Of a stretch of DNA of 64,000 bases, positions 11,339 through 22,855 are shown piece after piece. The position numbers and the translations under genes are program-made. The DNA is from Eutreptiella sp. 'Long Island Sound 2002' (taxonomy: Eukaryota; Protista; Euglenida). The notes beneath the pieces were generated by a model that made no database searches, was not told the origin of the DNA, and saw only the letters and a list, made by a program, of their open reading frames with translations. The stretch's first letter is position 1. Each line of letters opens with the position of its first letter. The stretch covers positions 173,662,001 to 173,726,000 of the forward strand of contig OZ038378.1 in assembly GCA_964036045.1 (NCBI GenBank), written 5' to 3'.

Positions 11339-14300
11339 TTAGGGTTCGGGTCACCGAGCTGGTGGAACCAGTCTTGGTTTTATAACCCTTTTTAGTGTCT
11401 AGGGTGCACCTACTAGGTTTAGCAGCAGCAGCAGCAGCAAGCAGCAGCAGCAAGCAAGCAAGCAGCACGCGCGAAATGGGTAAAAATCAGAACTCCGTCG
11501 TGGTGCTTCAGATTCAGGTGAAATTTTGGTGGATGATACCTATGGGTGTGAAGTACAATCACACAAAGTTTGAGCAAGAAACTCAACGGTGGCGGCCGGG
11601 AACGGGATTCCCAAGTCACGGACCTCAATTTCAAAAACTGCAGTTTAGGGCCAAAAATAGCCAATTTTGGACTAAAAAAGCCCTGGAACACATTCAAAAC
11701 GGCCAAACGAAGGGAAACGGCGGGTACACTCCACGTGCGGCTTGACTTCCCCGTGTCAACGAGCTCTTTGCGGCCCTCTAACTCCATGATATGTCCCCGA
11801 AACGGCCCAAAAAGGCCCCAGAAGCTCCAAATGCCGACAGCCACAAACCAAGAATAGGCCATATCTTTGGCTACATGGCTCAAAATGCGATTCCGAGGGC
11901 ACCTACTCCACCAACAACCCCCCACTTTTTGTGGTTTCCATCCCTCAGAATTGCCCAAACGGACGCCTAGACCCCAATACCTAGGCCCACTAGGCTGCGG
12001 CAAGCTGCAAGCTCAAGCCCAAACAGGTGGGTGCCCAAATGGGTCAACAGGGTCCAGTAGGGGCAAAAAGATGACTTTTCTAAAAAATGGTCCTAGACCA
12101 TGTGCAACGCTAAAACAAGTGTTTTTGGGCTGTTTTGAGCTTGTGGCGGCCCAGTTTGGTCCTCCGAAAATCCCAAAATGCCTTGAAAGTGGGCTGTGTT
12201 GTGACCAAAAATGGGTCAAAAATGGGTCAAAAACGCATTTTTCCAAACCTCATCCTAGACCATTTGGGGTGCACAAACGGGTGAAATGAGCCCATTTTGA
12301 GCCCATTTTGGGGCATTTTGGCCCCTTAGAAGTCCAAAAAGCCTTCAAAGTGGGCCTTGTGGTGATGGGGTTCACTTGCAGGCTGATTTCACTTTGTCAA
12401 GAGCCATCAATGTGTAAATCATTCTTGATGTCCCTCACCAGTCATAGCTGATGTTCCCTCCCCCACCAGCTCGGTCCCAATATTCGGTCTTGATTAGGGT
12501 TAGGCTTAAGTTTGGGGTTAACCCTAATCAAGACTGAATATTGGGACCGAGCTGGTGGGGTAGTGCCTATGCTTCTGTGCGTACTAGGGTGGAGGAAAGT
12601 CAATTGGTTGGGTGCATGCATGTTGTTGTGTGTTTCGTATTCCTCTCCCCTCATTTTGCATTGGCAACTGGTTTTCGCTTCATCGTGATGCCATTATTGC
12701 ATGAATGTCACTGCATGTTTTGTTTTCCCCTCCCTCCTTTTGAGTTTGCAAATGGCTTTTGCTTCACCGCGATCCCATTATTGCACGAATTGCACTGTCT
12801 GTTTTGTATTCCCCTCCCCTTTTATGTGTTTGCAAATGGCTTTCGCTTCACCGCGATCCCATTCATTTTCGACTGCATGAGTTCCAACATTTGCTCTTGT
12901 GCGTGATAGGTAGATAGAGAAGTTAAAAAGTCCGCCTTGTGTCATTGTGTGCATTTTGAGCCATGTAGCCAAAGATATGGCCTATTCTTGGTTTGTGGCT
13001 GTCGGCATTTGGAGCTTCTGGGGGCCTTTTTGGGCCGTTTCCTGGACATATCATGGAGTTAGAGGGCGGCAAAGAGCTCGTTGACACGGAGAAGTCAAGC
13101 CGCACATGGAGTGTAGCCACCGTTTCCCTTTGTTTGGCCGTTTTGAATGGGTTTTAGGGCTTTTTTGGCCGAAAAATGGCTGTTTTGGCCCTAAACTGCA
13201 GTTTTTGAAACTGAGGTCCGCCACTTGCGAATCCCGTTCCCGGCCACCACTGTCAAGTTTCCTGCTCAAACTTTGTGTGATTGTACTTCACACCCATAGG
13301 TATCATCCACCAAAATTTCACTCAAATCCAAAGCACCACGACGGAGTTCTGATTTTGGCCCATTTCGCGCGTGCTGCTTGCTTGCTGCTTGCTGCTTGCT
13401 TGCTGCTTGCTTGCGGCTTGCTTGCTAAACCTGGTAGGTCCACCCTAGACACTAAAAAGGGTTATAAAACCAAGACTGGTTCCACCAGCTCGGTGACCCT
13501 AACCCTAACCACCATTGAATAATGGGACCGAGCTGGTGGGGGAAGGAACATCGTCAAGGAGACTTCAACGACAAATGAGGTACGCACTGGCAAGTGGATG
13601 AGAGCGGCTCAAAAGGGGCTCAAAATGAGCTGTATTCATCCGTTTGGGCACCACAACTGGAGTAGGATCATTTTTGGAAAACCATGGTTTTGACCTGTTT
13701 TTTGAGCCATTTGTGGTCCCAAAACAGCCCATTTTCAAGCCCCTTTTGGCCTTGAGACGGGCCAAAATTGCTCAACCCGGGCTCAAAATGGGCTCATTCC
13801 ACCTGTTTGTGCACCCCAAATAGTCCAAAAGTACCTTTGGAAAAACACATTTTTGATCCATTTTTGACTGATATTTTGTCCCAAAACGGCCCATTTTCAA
13901 GGCATTTTGTGACTCCGGAGGGGCCAAAATGGCTTGCAATGGGCTCAAAAAGGGCTCATTTCACTTGTTTGTGCACCCCAAATGGTCCAGTATCATTTTT
14001 GGGAAAACACATTTTTGACCCATTTTTGACCCATTTTTGGTCGCAAAACAGCCTAGGGCCCTTCGGCACGGGGAAGTCTAGCTGCATGTGTAGAGTGGCC
14101 ACTATTTCCTTTCATTTGGCCGTTTTTTAGCAGGTTCTAGGGCGGTTTTGGGCAAAAAAAGGCTGATTTTGGCCCTAAATTGCAGATTTTGAAATGGAGG
14201 TCCGGCACTTGCGACGCCCGTTCCCGGCCGCCACCGTTGAGTTTTTGGCTCCTACTTTGTGTGGTTGTCCCTCACACCCATAGGTAGCATCCACCAAAAT

Positions 14301-14505
14301 TCTGGCCAAAATCCAAAGCGCCACGACGGAGCTGTGATCTTTCCCCATTTTGCGCGTGCTTGCTGCTTGCTGCTTGCTGCTTGCTGCTTGCTGCTTGCTG
14401 CTTGCTGCTTGCTGCTTGCTTGCCAAACCTGTTGGGTCCACCCTAGACACTAAAGAGGGTTATAAAACCAAGACTGGTTCCACCAGCTCGGTGACCCTAA
14501 CCCTA
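11339..14505. mobile_element. Mosaic inverted-repeat (foldback-like) non-coding element; module A ends in TTAGGG-like motifs
   Basis: Module A forward at 11339-11886 matches reverse copies at about 12952-13510 and, partially, 14050-14505 (e.g. GGTCACCGAGCTGGTGGAACCAGTCTTGGTTTTATAACC vs GGTTATAAAACCAAGACTGGTTCCACCAGCTCGGTGACC). Module B (AAAAATGGGTCAAAAA-rich, 12060-12340) is inverted at 13610-14045. All A copies carry (GCA)n/(GCAA)n tracts. Confidence 0.75.
12450..12560. mobile_element. 100-bp hairpin (42-bp arms, 16-nt loop), MITE-like, with TTAGGG/CCCTAA next to the loop
   Basis: Left arm 12461-12502 CCCCACCAGCTCGGTCCCAATATTCGGTCTTGATTAGGGTTA is the reverse complement of right arm 12519-12560, with one mismatch. 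Confidence 0.85.
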
Positions 14506-17023
14506 CACTGGTGAGGAGGTAGAGTGGAGGCCTCTGTTGTTGTAGAGCAACCCCTTAGGCCACCGCGTCTCTGCCAGACTTTACCAGACCTCTACTAACC
14601 CTCCCCTTAGCGACTAGCCAGTCCCCCAGAGAAGCCCTCCTCGGCGGCTAGCCTCCCCCCCCCCTTTGGGGGCCTTCGGCCCACTTCTACTGGGGGGGGG
14701 GTTGCGTACAAAAGCGAGGAGACGCCCCCCCCCCCCCATTCTAGGGCCCAAGAACCCGTGCACACCCAAACACCCAAACAAAACTGCACAGGGAAAATTC
14801 AATAAAACACCTCTTCAAACGAATACATTGGGCAAGGGATGTCGTGGTCAAAGCACTGGATGCTGGGGTTCCATACCTTGCCTACAAGTATGAACCTCCC
14901 AACACATGGCTCCGACCATCAAACTTGAGAAGCGACACCCCTCTATTTCACAGCTGTAACCGCATCGTCCATCCCTGCTCCAACCACAGCCAAGTAGGCA
15001 ACCTTGGCACAGACTGCTCCCTCCCCCCCAAAAAAACGAGTGTGTCCTTGTCGAAACAAATGCACCTTCACTAGCCATACTCCACCTCATAGAGGAGTAG
15101 AGCAGGTTCACAGAATGTGTTTTTGACATCTAGCATACCAGAACGCCAAACCTGCTGCCACTGGGGGCGTACGCTGTGTGTCCTGACGCATTACATCCGG
15201 CCACGATACATGATGTTGCTGCGGAGTTTAGCCACGCGTGCGACACAGAGTGCCCCTGGGCGTATACAGCCTGTCCAGGATAGCCAAGTACAAACAATTG
15301 CTGCTGAGTGAACCAGTTTGTGTAGTACCTTGGTACCTTATTTTTTGTGCACGGTATGGACCACAAAAAAGTTGGAAGGGGGAGTCCATGATTGACCTTC
15401 GAGCAGTCCTTAAACCCGTGCTTCATTGAAAGATTTCAGGGGGTGCAAGTGGTGGCCAGCTGTTGCTTCCAGTGGAAAAGTGAGTGTATGTGCTTCAAAC
15501 ATCGTCCTGGTGGTAAATCTTCCGGTAATTGGTCAGATTGTGTAATGTTCTTTTCCGCAAAGATTTCGGACATGCTCAGTGGGTGTTGCACGCACCATAT
15601 GAGCACTGTGCGCGCAACGTGCAAAATTTTCGGATGCCGGTTTACGCAGGTGCTGCTTTTTGCCACATTGCAGGCTCAAAGGCACAGTGTTGTGGTAAGG
15701 TGTGCTGTGCTGAGGTGCCTGCAACTGCAAATTTCCTTCTGCCACCTGAATGCATGTTGTTGTGTCCCTAATGGTCATGTTTAATGTCCCATGGCTCGGA
15801 TTTACTCCATCTTTGTCATGGATCACCCCTGGTACACATGTTTTCTACCATCACATGAGTACAGCTGATCGACTTCTGGGCTCTTCACCGCAGCCACAAA
15901 GACACCAGGAATTAGCAGCAACCATCCAGAAGCCACCAGGAATGAACAGCGACAGTCCAGAAGCCACCACCAGCCAGCAGCAACCCAAATACCCCCAGAA
16001 GGTCACCAGGAAGTAGTACCACCTGGAAGCCACCAAGAAGTAACAGAAACCATCCAGGCGCCTCTAGGAACCATTCACAAGCCTCTAGGAACACCTACCA
16101 CAGTGGTTTTGAGAGGTCCTCTTCACCAGGTAAAATCTCTGGACACATCAAAAAGGTGTTGCACCGTGCGTGCACTGTGGGCACACCGTTCGACAACACT
16201 TCCTTGCCATTGTGTGAAGTCTTGGAATGGGGGTTACAGAACAGTGAACTAAAAGCAGCAGATCGCGGGGCAAGATTTGAGTGAACACTGCCAAACACTT
16301 GGCGAACAGTGCCATGCAAGATTCGATGGACATGCCCTCTGTCTGGCTGACTCACTGGGGGGAAGTTTTTGTGATGGGAAATTTGTCAGCTGATATGTCT
16401 CAGCGACGTCGGTCTGGCAAGGATGTATGTCGAGTTTGGCAACAAATGCGGGCACCCCTTCGAGCAAGAGACTTTGTGCAGGTGCTAAGGCATGGGCGGG
16501 CAGTTCATTTGCAGGTTGTGCTTTCCGGCACAGACTGTGCCAGTCTGTATTTCATGTGAGGAAACAGAAATGTTTGCGATATGGGATTCTTGGTCACTCT
16601 GAAGGTAAAGCTTGGCCCCAGTAGAGTGTGATGGTGTTTTGTAACGTGTGTTTTGCTCGATCATACAACAATTTTATTTCTTCAACTCCAGAATAGGATC
16701 AAGTTTTGTGGATGGCACCAAAGCTATCAGCCACGGGTGAAAAATGGGATGCCTCAGGGCTTTGTCTTCTGATCAGTTGCTGCGCACAGACTCATCCCCC
16801 CCCCTGGCCCCAACACACCACACCCTCTGTGTACTGTGCAATGATAGTATCTGAAGCTTTGAGGCGTTGAGGAAGATCGGGCCAGATACCCCTCCCCCCC
16901 CGTGTCCAGGAACCACCTTGCGCAAGAACCAACCCCTGGTTCCGCGGTTGAATTCTCGCATCACTTTTTTTACCAGGGTAGTGGGTTTTTCATGTTTCTG
17001 GTGGATGTAGGACAGCTATTCAG

Positions 17024-17215
17024 GTGGACATCATGGATGATGATGCAGTCCCCAAGCATTTTAACGTTCCAGAACCCAATCCTAAGCCTAAGCCGAAGCC
17101 AGCTCCAAAGGCGACTGCAGCACCGAAGCCTGGCCCCAAGGGGCAGCACAGACAGGAATTCAGGATGGTGTATCACAGGAAGAAGGGTTTCACGTCTCAG
17201 CCAGTTGAACAATAG
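17024..17215 (+). CDS. Candidate terminal exon, Lys/Pro-rich hypothetical peptide (possibly a TE-derived ORF fragment)
   Basis: Preceded by TATTCAG. Reads VDIMDDDAVPKHFNVPEPNPKPKPKPAPKATAAPKPGPKGQHRQEFRMVYHRKKGFTSQPVEQ*; protein-like composition but no recognised family. Confidence 0.3.
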   Translation: MDIMDDDAVPKHFNVPEPNPKPKPKPAPKATAAPKPGPKGQHRQEFRMVYHRKKGFTSQPVEQ

Positions 17216-20200
17216 ATCATCCCATGCACGTTGGAAGTCACACTACAGCCCAGTCAGCTGAGATTCACTCCTTTGGTGTTCATTTGTCAACGTGGTTAAC
17301 TGTGGGAAAGGAGAGGGCATGCATGTCCCGGCGCAACGCGCCGGAAATTTTTTTTTTTCCACGGTACGGGGTTGCCCACGGCCGTGCGCAAGAACAAACC
17401 CCTGGTTCCGCGGTCAAACATTGCCGGTTCCTGGACACGGGGGGGGGGGGGGATTGCATATCTCTGGGGGACATTCGGTTCCTGCCAACACGGAGCATTT
17501 TCACATTTTTTCAGACTTTTCTCAACTTCTGGTCTAATGAACCAAAATGTCGTCACCTTAAGGGGGGTATGTGTATGCTTTTCGAAATCTGTGAGAAAAC
17601 GCCGTTTCAGAAATGTATGGGTTGGGGTCCGAAAAGCTCTTTTCAAGGGCTTTCCAAATATATCCCACATACCCCTACCTTCGGGACACTCAGTGGACAC
17701 AAATGAGGCAACAATGGATCCGACCCTTGAAAACGCTCCGTGTTGGCAGGATCAGTACCGTCCCAGAGAATTATGGCGTACATTGCATACATTTCAGTTT
17801 CCTCTTTCATCGTTTCGCCTCCGTCTATGGTTCTGTGCTCAGGTGCCTGTGTGGGGCGCCTCAAAATGTCATTCATGGCTTGCCCGTGCCGCAAAAGAAA
17901 GCCAGCAACTGTTCCCTGCGTCCCACACAATATCCCTGATGCAGTGCACGAATGGCTGCGTGTCGGATTCCCAGAACAAGAGCTATCTGTCAGCAACGAC
18001 TCACGTGTGTTCATACTGCATTTTGCAAGGGATTGGCTGCGATCGACTGTGATCACACAGTTGGAGTAAACAGGGATATGCCTCGTACATATGCAGGATG
18101 GGGAGGCCCAGGCCACACACATGCACGCGCGCACACACAGAGACTCCAGTCAATGCCCTAAACATTATGAAGAGTTGATGGAGGTTTTGCGGGTGGGAGT
18201 GCGACTGATCCAGCCCCCCCACACCACCCCTTTGGTGTTGGAAGTAGAACCCGGTGACGAACCAAGGGAAGAACCTTTGCCTGACACACACAGAGGTGCC
18301 ACTGTGTGGCACGCCATCCGTGCGTGTGCGCCTGTGTGTGTGTGTGGGTGAGTGGGTGTGTGTGTGTATTGCTCAATGCCACTACTCAGGGTTGATTCTC
18401 CAGTTCCTCAATTTCCGCAGTCTCGCCTGCAGCAGTTTGTTGTACTGTGTACGCGCAGGGGCGTCCTTCAGGACCCCACCCCCCTTTTTTTTGCACTGGC
18501 CAACCATTGTTGATGTGCCGCCAACCACTGCCAGCGAATCAGGCTGATGTTGTCGCTTAACTGCTGACCATCGGTTTATCATCAGCCGCCATGCTTCAAC
18601 CACCAATGGCTGTTGGTTGACTAGCTCTCCTCTGTCAGCAACCAGTAAAGTGCTATCCGTTCACTGCCGTCAAGTTTGACATTTTCGTTTTCGGCATCGG
18701 ACATATCCTGGACGCCCCGGAATAAGCCTAGAACCACGTGGATGGCAGAGGAATCTTCTTTTCCATTAAGGACAGAGTCGTGCTTCTTAGTCAAGGGACA
18801 GATGCAAGGGATGCAAGGGACAGATGTTGGAATGAAGGCTGTGGTGTGCGTAATGAGTGTGGCAAGGGCTCCACAGATGACTTTGGGTATGGGACTCGCC
18901 CTTGTGCATTGCGTTTGCAGAATTGATGGCTAGAGCTCACCTCTGCCGCTGTGGAAGACGCCGGCACAAACCGCAGCTTTCAGGCACCGCAGCCCTCAGA
19001 CAGATCCCTCCAAGTATGGCTATTCAAAGATCCTACAGGGTCAGGCTTGTGTGTGCCGGGCGACCACCTTCATGAGAGTCGGTTTGAAAGAGGGTCAAGC
19101 CTCCCCCCCCCCCCCCCCGTGTCCCACTCCCAAGTCTGTTTTCCGGTTTGCTGCTTGGGCGGCAAACCAGCAAGATGGACGACAGCAATTCGGTCACTGG
19201 CTGTGGCGAACCCGCATATGGCACCCCGTGACCCTTCCTCCCTTCCCGATTGCCCCAATCCCACGCCTGTGCCGGTGGGTGCACCAGTCGCAATCCCACT
19301 TGGAGAACTTCAAACGGTTTCGTCGGGTGTTTGGGGTGTGGTCCTCCGACCGGCGTCCTCCACATCCTCCTTCCTTCCCATCCTCCAACAGCCGGATGAG
19401 ACATTCAAGGGAACCCTTTTTGGGCGCCTGCAGCCCAGCAGGAGTCGCTCTCATTGTCGACTTACTGAAGAAGTGGGGTCGTGCCACTTGGCTTGGCGCC
19501 CGAAATCCCAAGAAGATTCCACTGTTTGTTTAGATTGCACGTTGGCTTCTGTGGAAGGCGCCGTTTAAGAGAGGGGGTGTTTTGGCTGGCACCCACCTAA
19601 CCCACCTACCCTGATAATTGCGCATGTGCTAGAAGCACAGCTGTGGACTTCGCTGTTTCCAGAACAGCATAGGTCGGCTGAGCTGTACACAAACATGAGT
19701 TGAGTAATCGGGATTTTGAGCGCAAGTGGGTTGAGAATCGGCCCAAAGAAGCAGGAGGGAATACAAGGCCACCCTTGCCACCCTTGATCTCTTTCCCGAT
19801 GACGTCCCAGACTGGGCAGACTGGGCAGTCCCTTTGCTGCACCCCTGAGCATCGACCGCCCACAAATTGGATCACGAAACCTGAAGACCTATGTAAAATT
19901 GGAAGCAGCAACGGGTCCATAGTTTTTACCTTCTGGCCTACGCCCCTCATCAGCCCCCCCCCCCCCCCGCCCCCACACACACAGCCCACTGCAACGTGCT
20001 ATTTTTCCTGATGCACATTCCTTATCCTCTGCTGCAGAGCATCATACGCTTCAAAACACCGTGCACAACCCTCCAAGTGCTGAACCATTCGCCCTAAGAG
20101 GAAACTCCAACAGGTGTTTGTAAACATGAACAAATTTTCGTTGAATCTCTGTCTTCCATTTAAGTGATCTCTCACCCTAGTACCTAAATTTGTAGGACAA

Positions 20201-21056
20201 TCCTGAATCAGTTGCCATAGTTGTTACCCAACATGGCCTGGTTATGACTTGTGTATCAACTTGGACTTCACGGTCTGTGGTTGACTCCCACTGTAGTTAT
20301 TGTGGCAGCCAATTTTCTTCCAGCGCAATGGCTACGGTGCCCAACAGGAGCATGCGTGGAGATCACAAATGGCCCGCTGGACTAACGCGGATGGACTTGT
20401 CCGTGGTCTCGTCCTCTGACCATTTCCTGTGGGGCAAGGTTTTGGGGTGCCCTCGGCCGCTTCGCCCATGGCCTGCATGCTTTTTTTTACAAAATCCTTG
20501 GGGGTTTTCCATGTTCCCGAGCCCCTGCTTGTGTGCAGGTTTCCCTCCCTTCTACTTATCTCCCTCGGTCATTCGTGGTCCCCAGTGTTTGTATTTGGTG
20601 CAGCATTAGCACTGCTGCAAGGTCGCGCTGCACTTTTGCGGGGCAGGGGTGCGCTGGGGGGTGGCAGACAGCCTTACGAGGGCGTTCTGCGTGTTCTGCA
20701 TGCAGGGGGCTTGTCGTACAAGACCATACCACACCAAAGGCCCAAACTGTGTGGTATTGGGGCCATTGGTGTTTACTGGCAATCTCAGTGGTCCTGCCCG
20801 ATGCAGGAGATTGGGGATTTCAAATCACAACCATTTTAGTCTTTCTTGCTCTTTGCAAACTGCATCATGTATCATCATTGGTCCCAAGACAGAGGAAGCT
20901 GTAGACATTGCGTTTCTTGCAATTTTTCAAATGCCCCCTTTTTTCTCCACTGTTCTCTGCCATCTGTACGTTTTCCCGAAGCCACCCCTTCCCTTTCTGT
21001 CAGGGTTGGCGAGCACCCTCCAGACTTAACAGTTGAGGAAGGATGGAGTGTGAAGC

Positions 21057-21862
21057 CAGAGGGGGGGGAAAAATGCGGTCCGCATTTTTCCGCATTTTCC
21101 GCATTTTTTTTCGCATTTTCCGGGCAGGTCCCTTAGTGTAATGTTCAAGAGGAAACATTCTAGTGGCATTTTTTTGTAGTCAGTTAGTTGTGAGGAACAA
21201 TAGGTTTTGTGGGCGCCAGAGGCGCCGGAGAATTTTTTTTTAGGCAGACGGCAGGGGGAAATTTTTTTGTTTGACCCTATGTGTCTATGCTCAAAATACT
21301 CAGAATTTTGTGGAGAATTCAAAAATGGATGAAAAACACAAAAAAGGATATTGACCCCGACCCGACCTCCGGGTCGGACCTTCGCTGATGGGACCCTGAG
21401 TTGATGGGCAAATTTTTTTTGAAAAAAATTTTCCCCAGTTGTGTATATTCAAAATGAACAGCGTGTCACGGGGATCATTTTGAGGTATGTATGTTGGGGT
21501 ATCCCCCCCCCCCCCCCCCGGGGAGCCCGGCGGTTTGGGTCAATGGGGGAGCACCTGATGCGGCGCGAACATTTAGCGGTCTGGCCTCACCAAGCAGTTG
21601 CAGCTTATGCCCCTAGCGGTTTTGAGCCTAGTCCGTGATATTCTTGAGTTGAACTACTGCACTAAGTTGTTCCATCAAACCGTCCATACTTTGAGCGCCC
21701 AATTGTGCAAGACGAGACGAAACATAGTGGTTTCGAGGGGCAAACACCATTCTAACAAAACCGCATTTTCTATCGCATTTTTTGCCGCATTTTCCGCATT
21801 TTTTCCGCATTTTTCCGCATTTTTTGCCAATCCCGGCGACCGCATTTCCCCCCCCCCCTCTG
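21057..21862. mobile_element. MITE (hAT-like CAG start) with CCGCATTTT subterminal repeats and a 7-bp flanking direct repeat
   Basis: TIRs CAGAGGGGGGG(G)AAAAATGCGGTC and GACCGCATTTCCCCCCCCCCCTCTG; GTGAAGC at 21050-21056 and 21863-21869; multiple CCGCATTTT copies near both ends. Confidence 0.78.
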
Positions 21863-22855
21863 GTGAAGCCTGCCAGTGCCTGCCAAAGTGGACGCGGGGC
21901 CTGGGCACTGCAATCATGAGCAGTGCGATATGCATTCCACTCTCACCCACAGATCTAGACTCCCCCGCCCTCCCCCCTCCCTACACACTCCCCCTGCAAT
22001 GGACCTCAGCCAATGAGCAGGTGACAGAAAGGACCTGGCACTCGACACCAGATATCCAAACAACCTTGAAAGACCCCCCCATCGCCATCCTGTTTCCACC
22101 TTTCGCCCCGCCCCCCCCCCCTTTCATGGAGTGGGTCCGGCCAAAACTGTATCCGTGGTGTACAGGTGTTAGACAAGCCACACGGGCGCCAGCTGCCCGT
22201 ACCTCCTTCTTCGCAGGTACCAAAATGCCCGTTTCCTGCAGCTGTCAGGCCTCAGCCACGCCCCTGCTCCCATGGTTTCTCCTGAAATCTCCAATTCCTA
22301 GAATTGAGGCCGGCGGGCACTTGCGGGGCGTCTTGGGCCTCGTGGCTGCGTCTGGCTACACCAGTGTTCTTTCGCTGACGGAGTGCGTTTTCGACCCTCG
22401 GTCAGCCCCTGCGGGCCACAGAGCACCAGGGCACCCCGAGCACCAACGGTGGTGGTCTCTGTGTCAGGGCTGGCGGGTTGTGCCTTTGACTCAAAAAGGT
22501 TTGGTCAATATCCCTGATTTTGTTTCGAAGTTGGCCCGCCCTCCCCTCACACCCCCCCCAGCAGCCCCACCCCAGCCCGAACCCCTGGCAGTGAGGCAGA
22601 CAGTCCACTCTCCCCCACAAAGTGCCCTCCGTCCCCATCCCGCCTTGAACCCCCACTCCCCCCAACGCCCTCCCAACGCCCTCCCATCTCACAAAAGACA
22701 TTGCACTGGAAACTGGTTGTACCCCACATGAGCCTGCCAGCGTTTATGGAAACCCCCCCACCCCGTTTTGGGGGGCCGCAATTGGGGTCAGCAATGAACA
22801 ATACTCGGGACACGCATTAGCGAGCCCCTGGGCAGTCGGGCTTTCAGCCTTCGAG

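Noticed and set aside
21598-22731. 377-aa ORF
   Set aside because: It runs through a MITE end and C-rich low-complexity sequence, has no recognisable domain, and lacks the codon style of the real exons.
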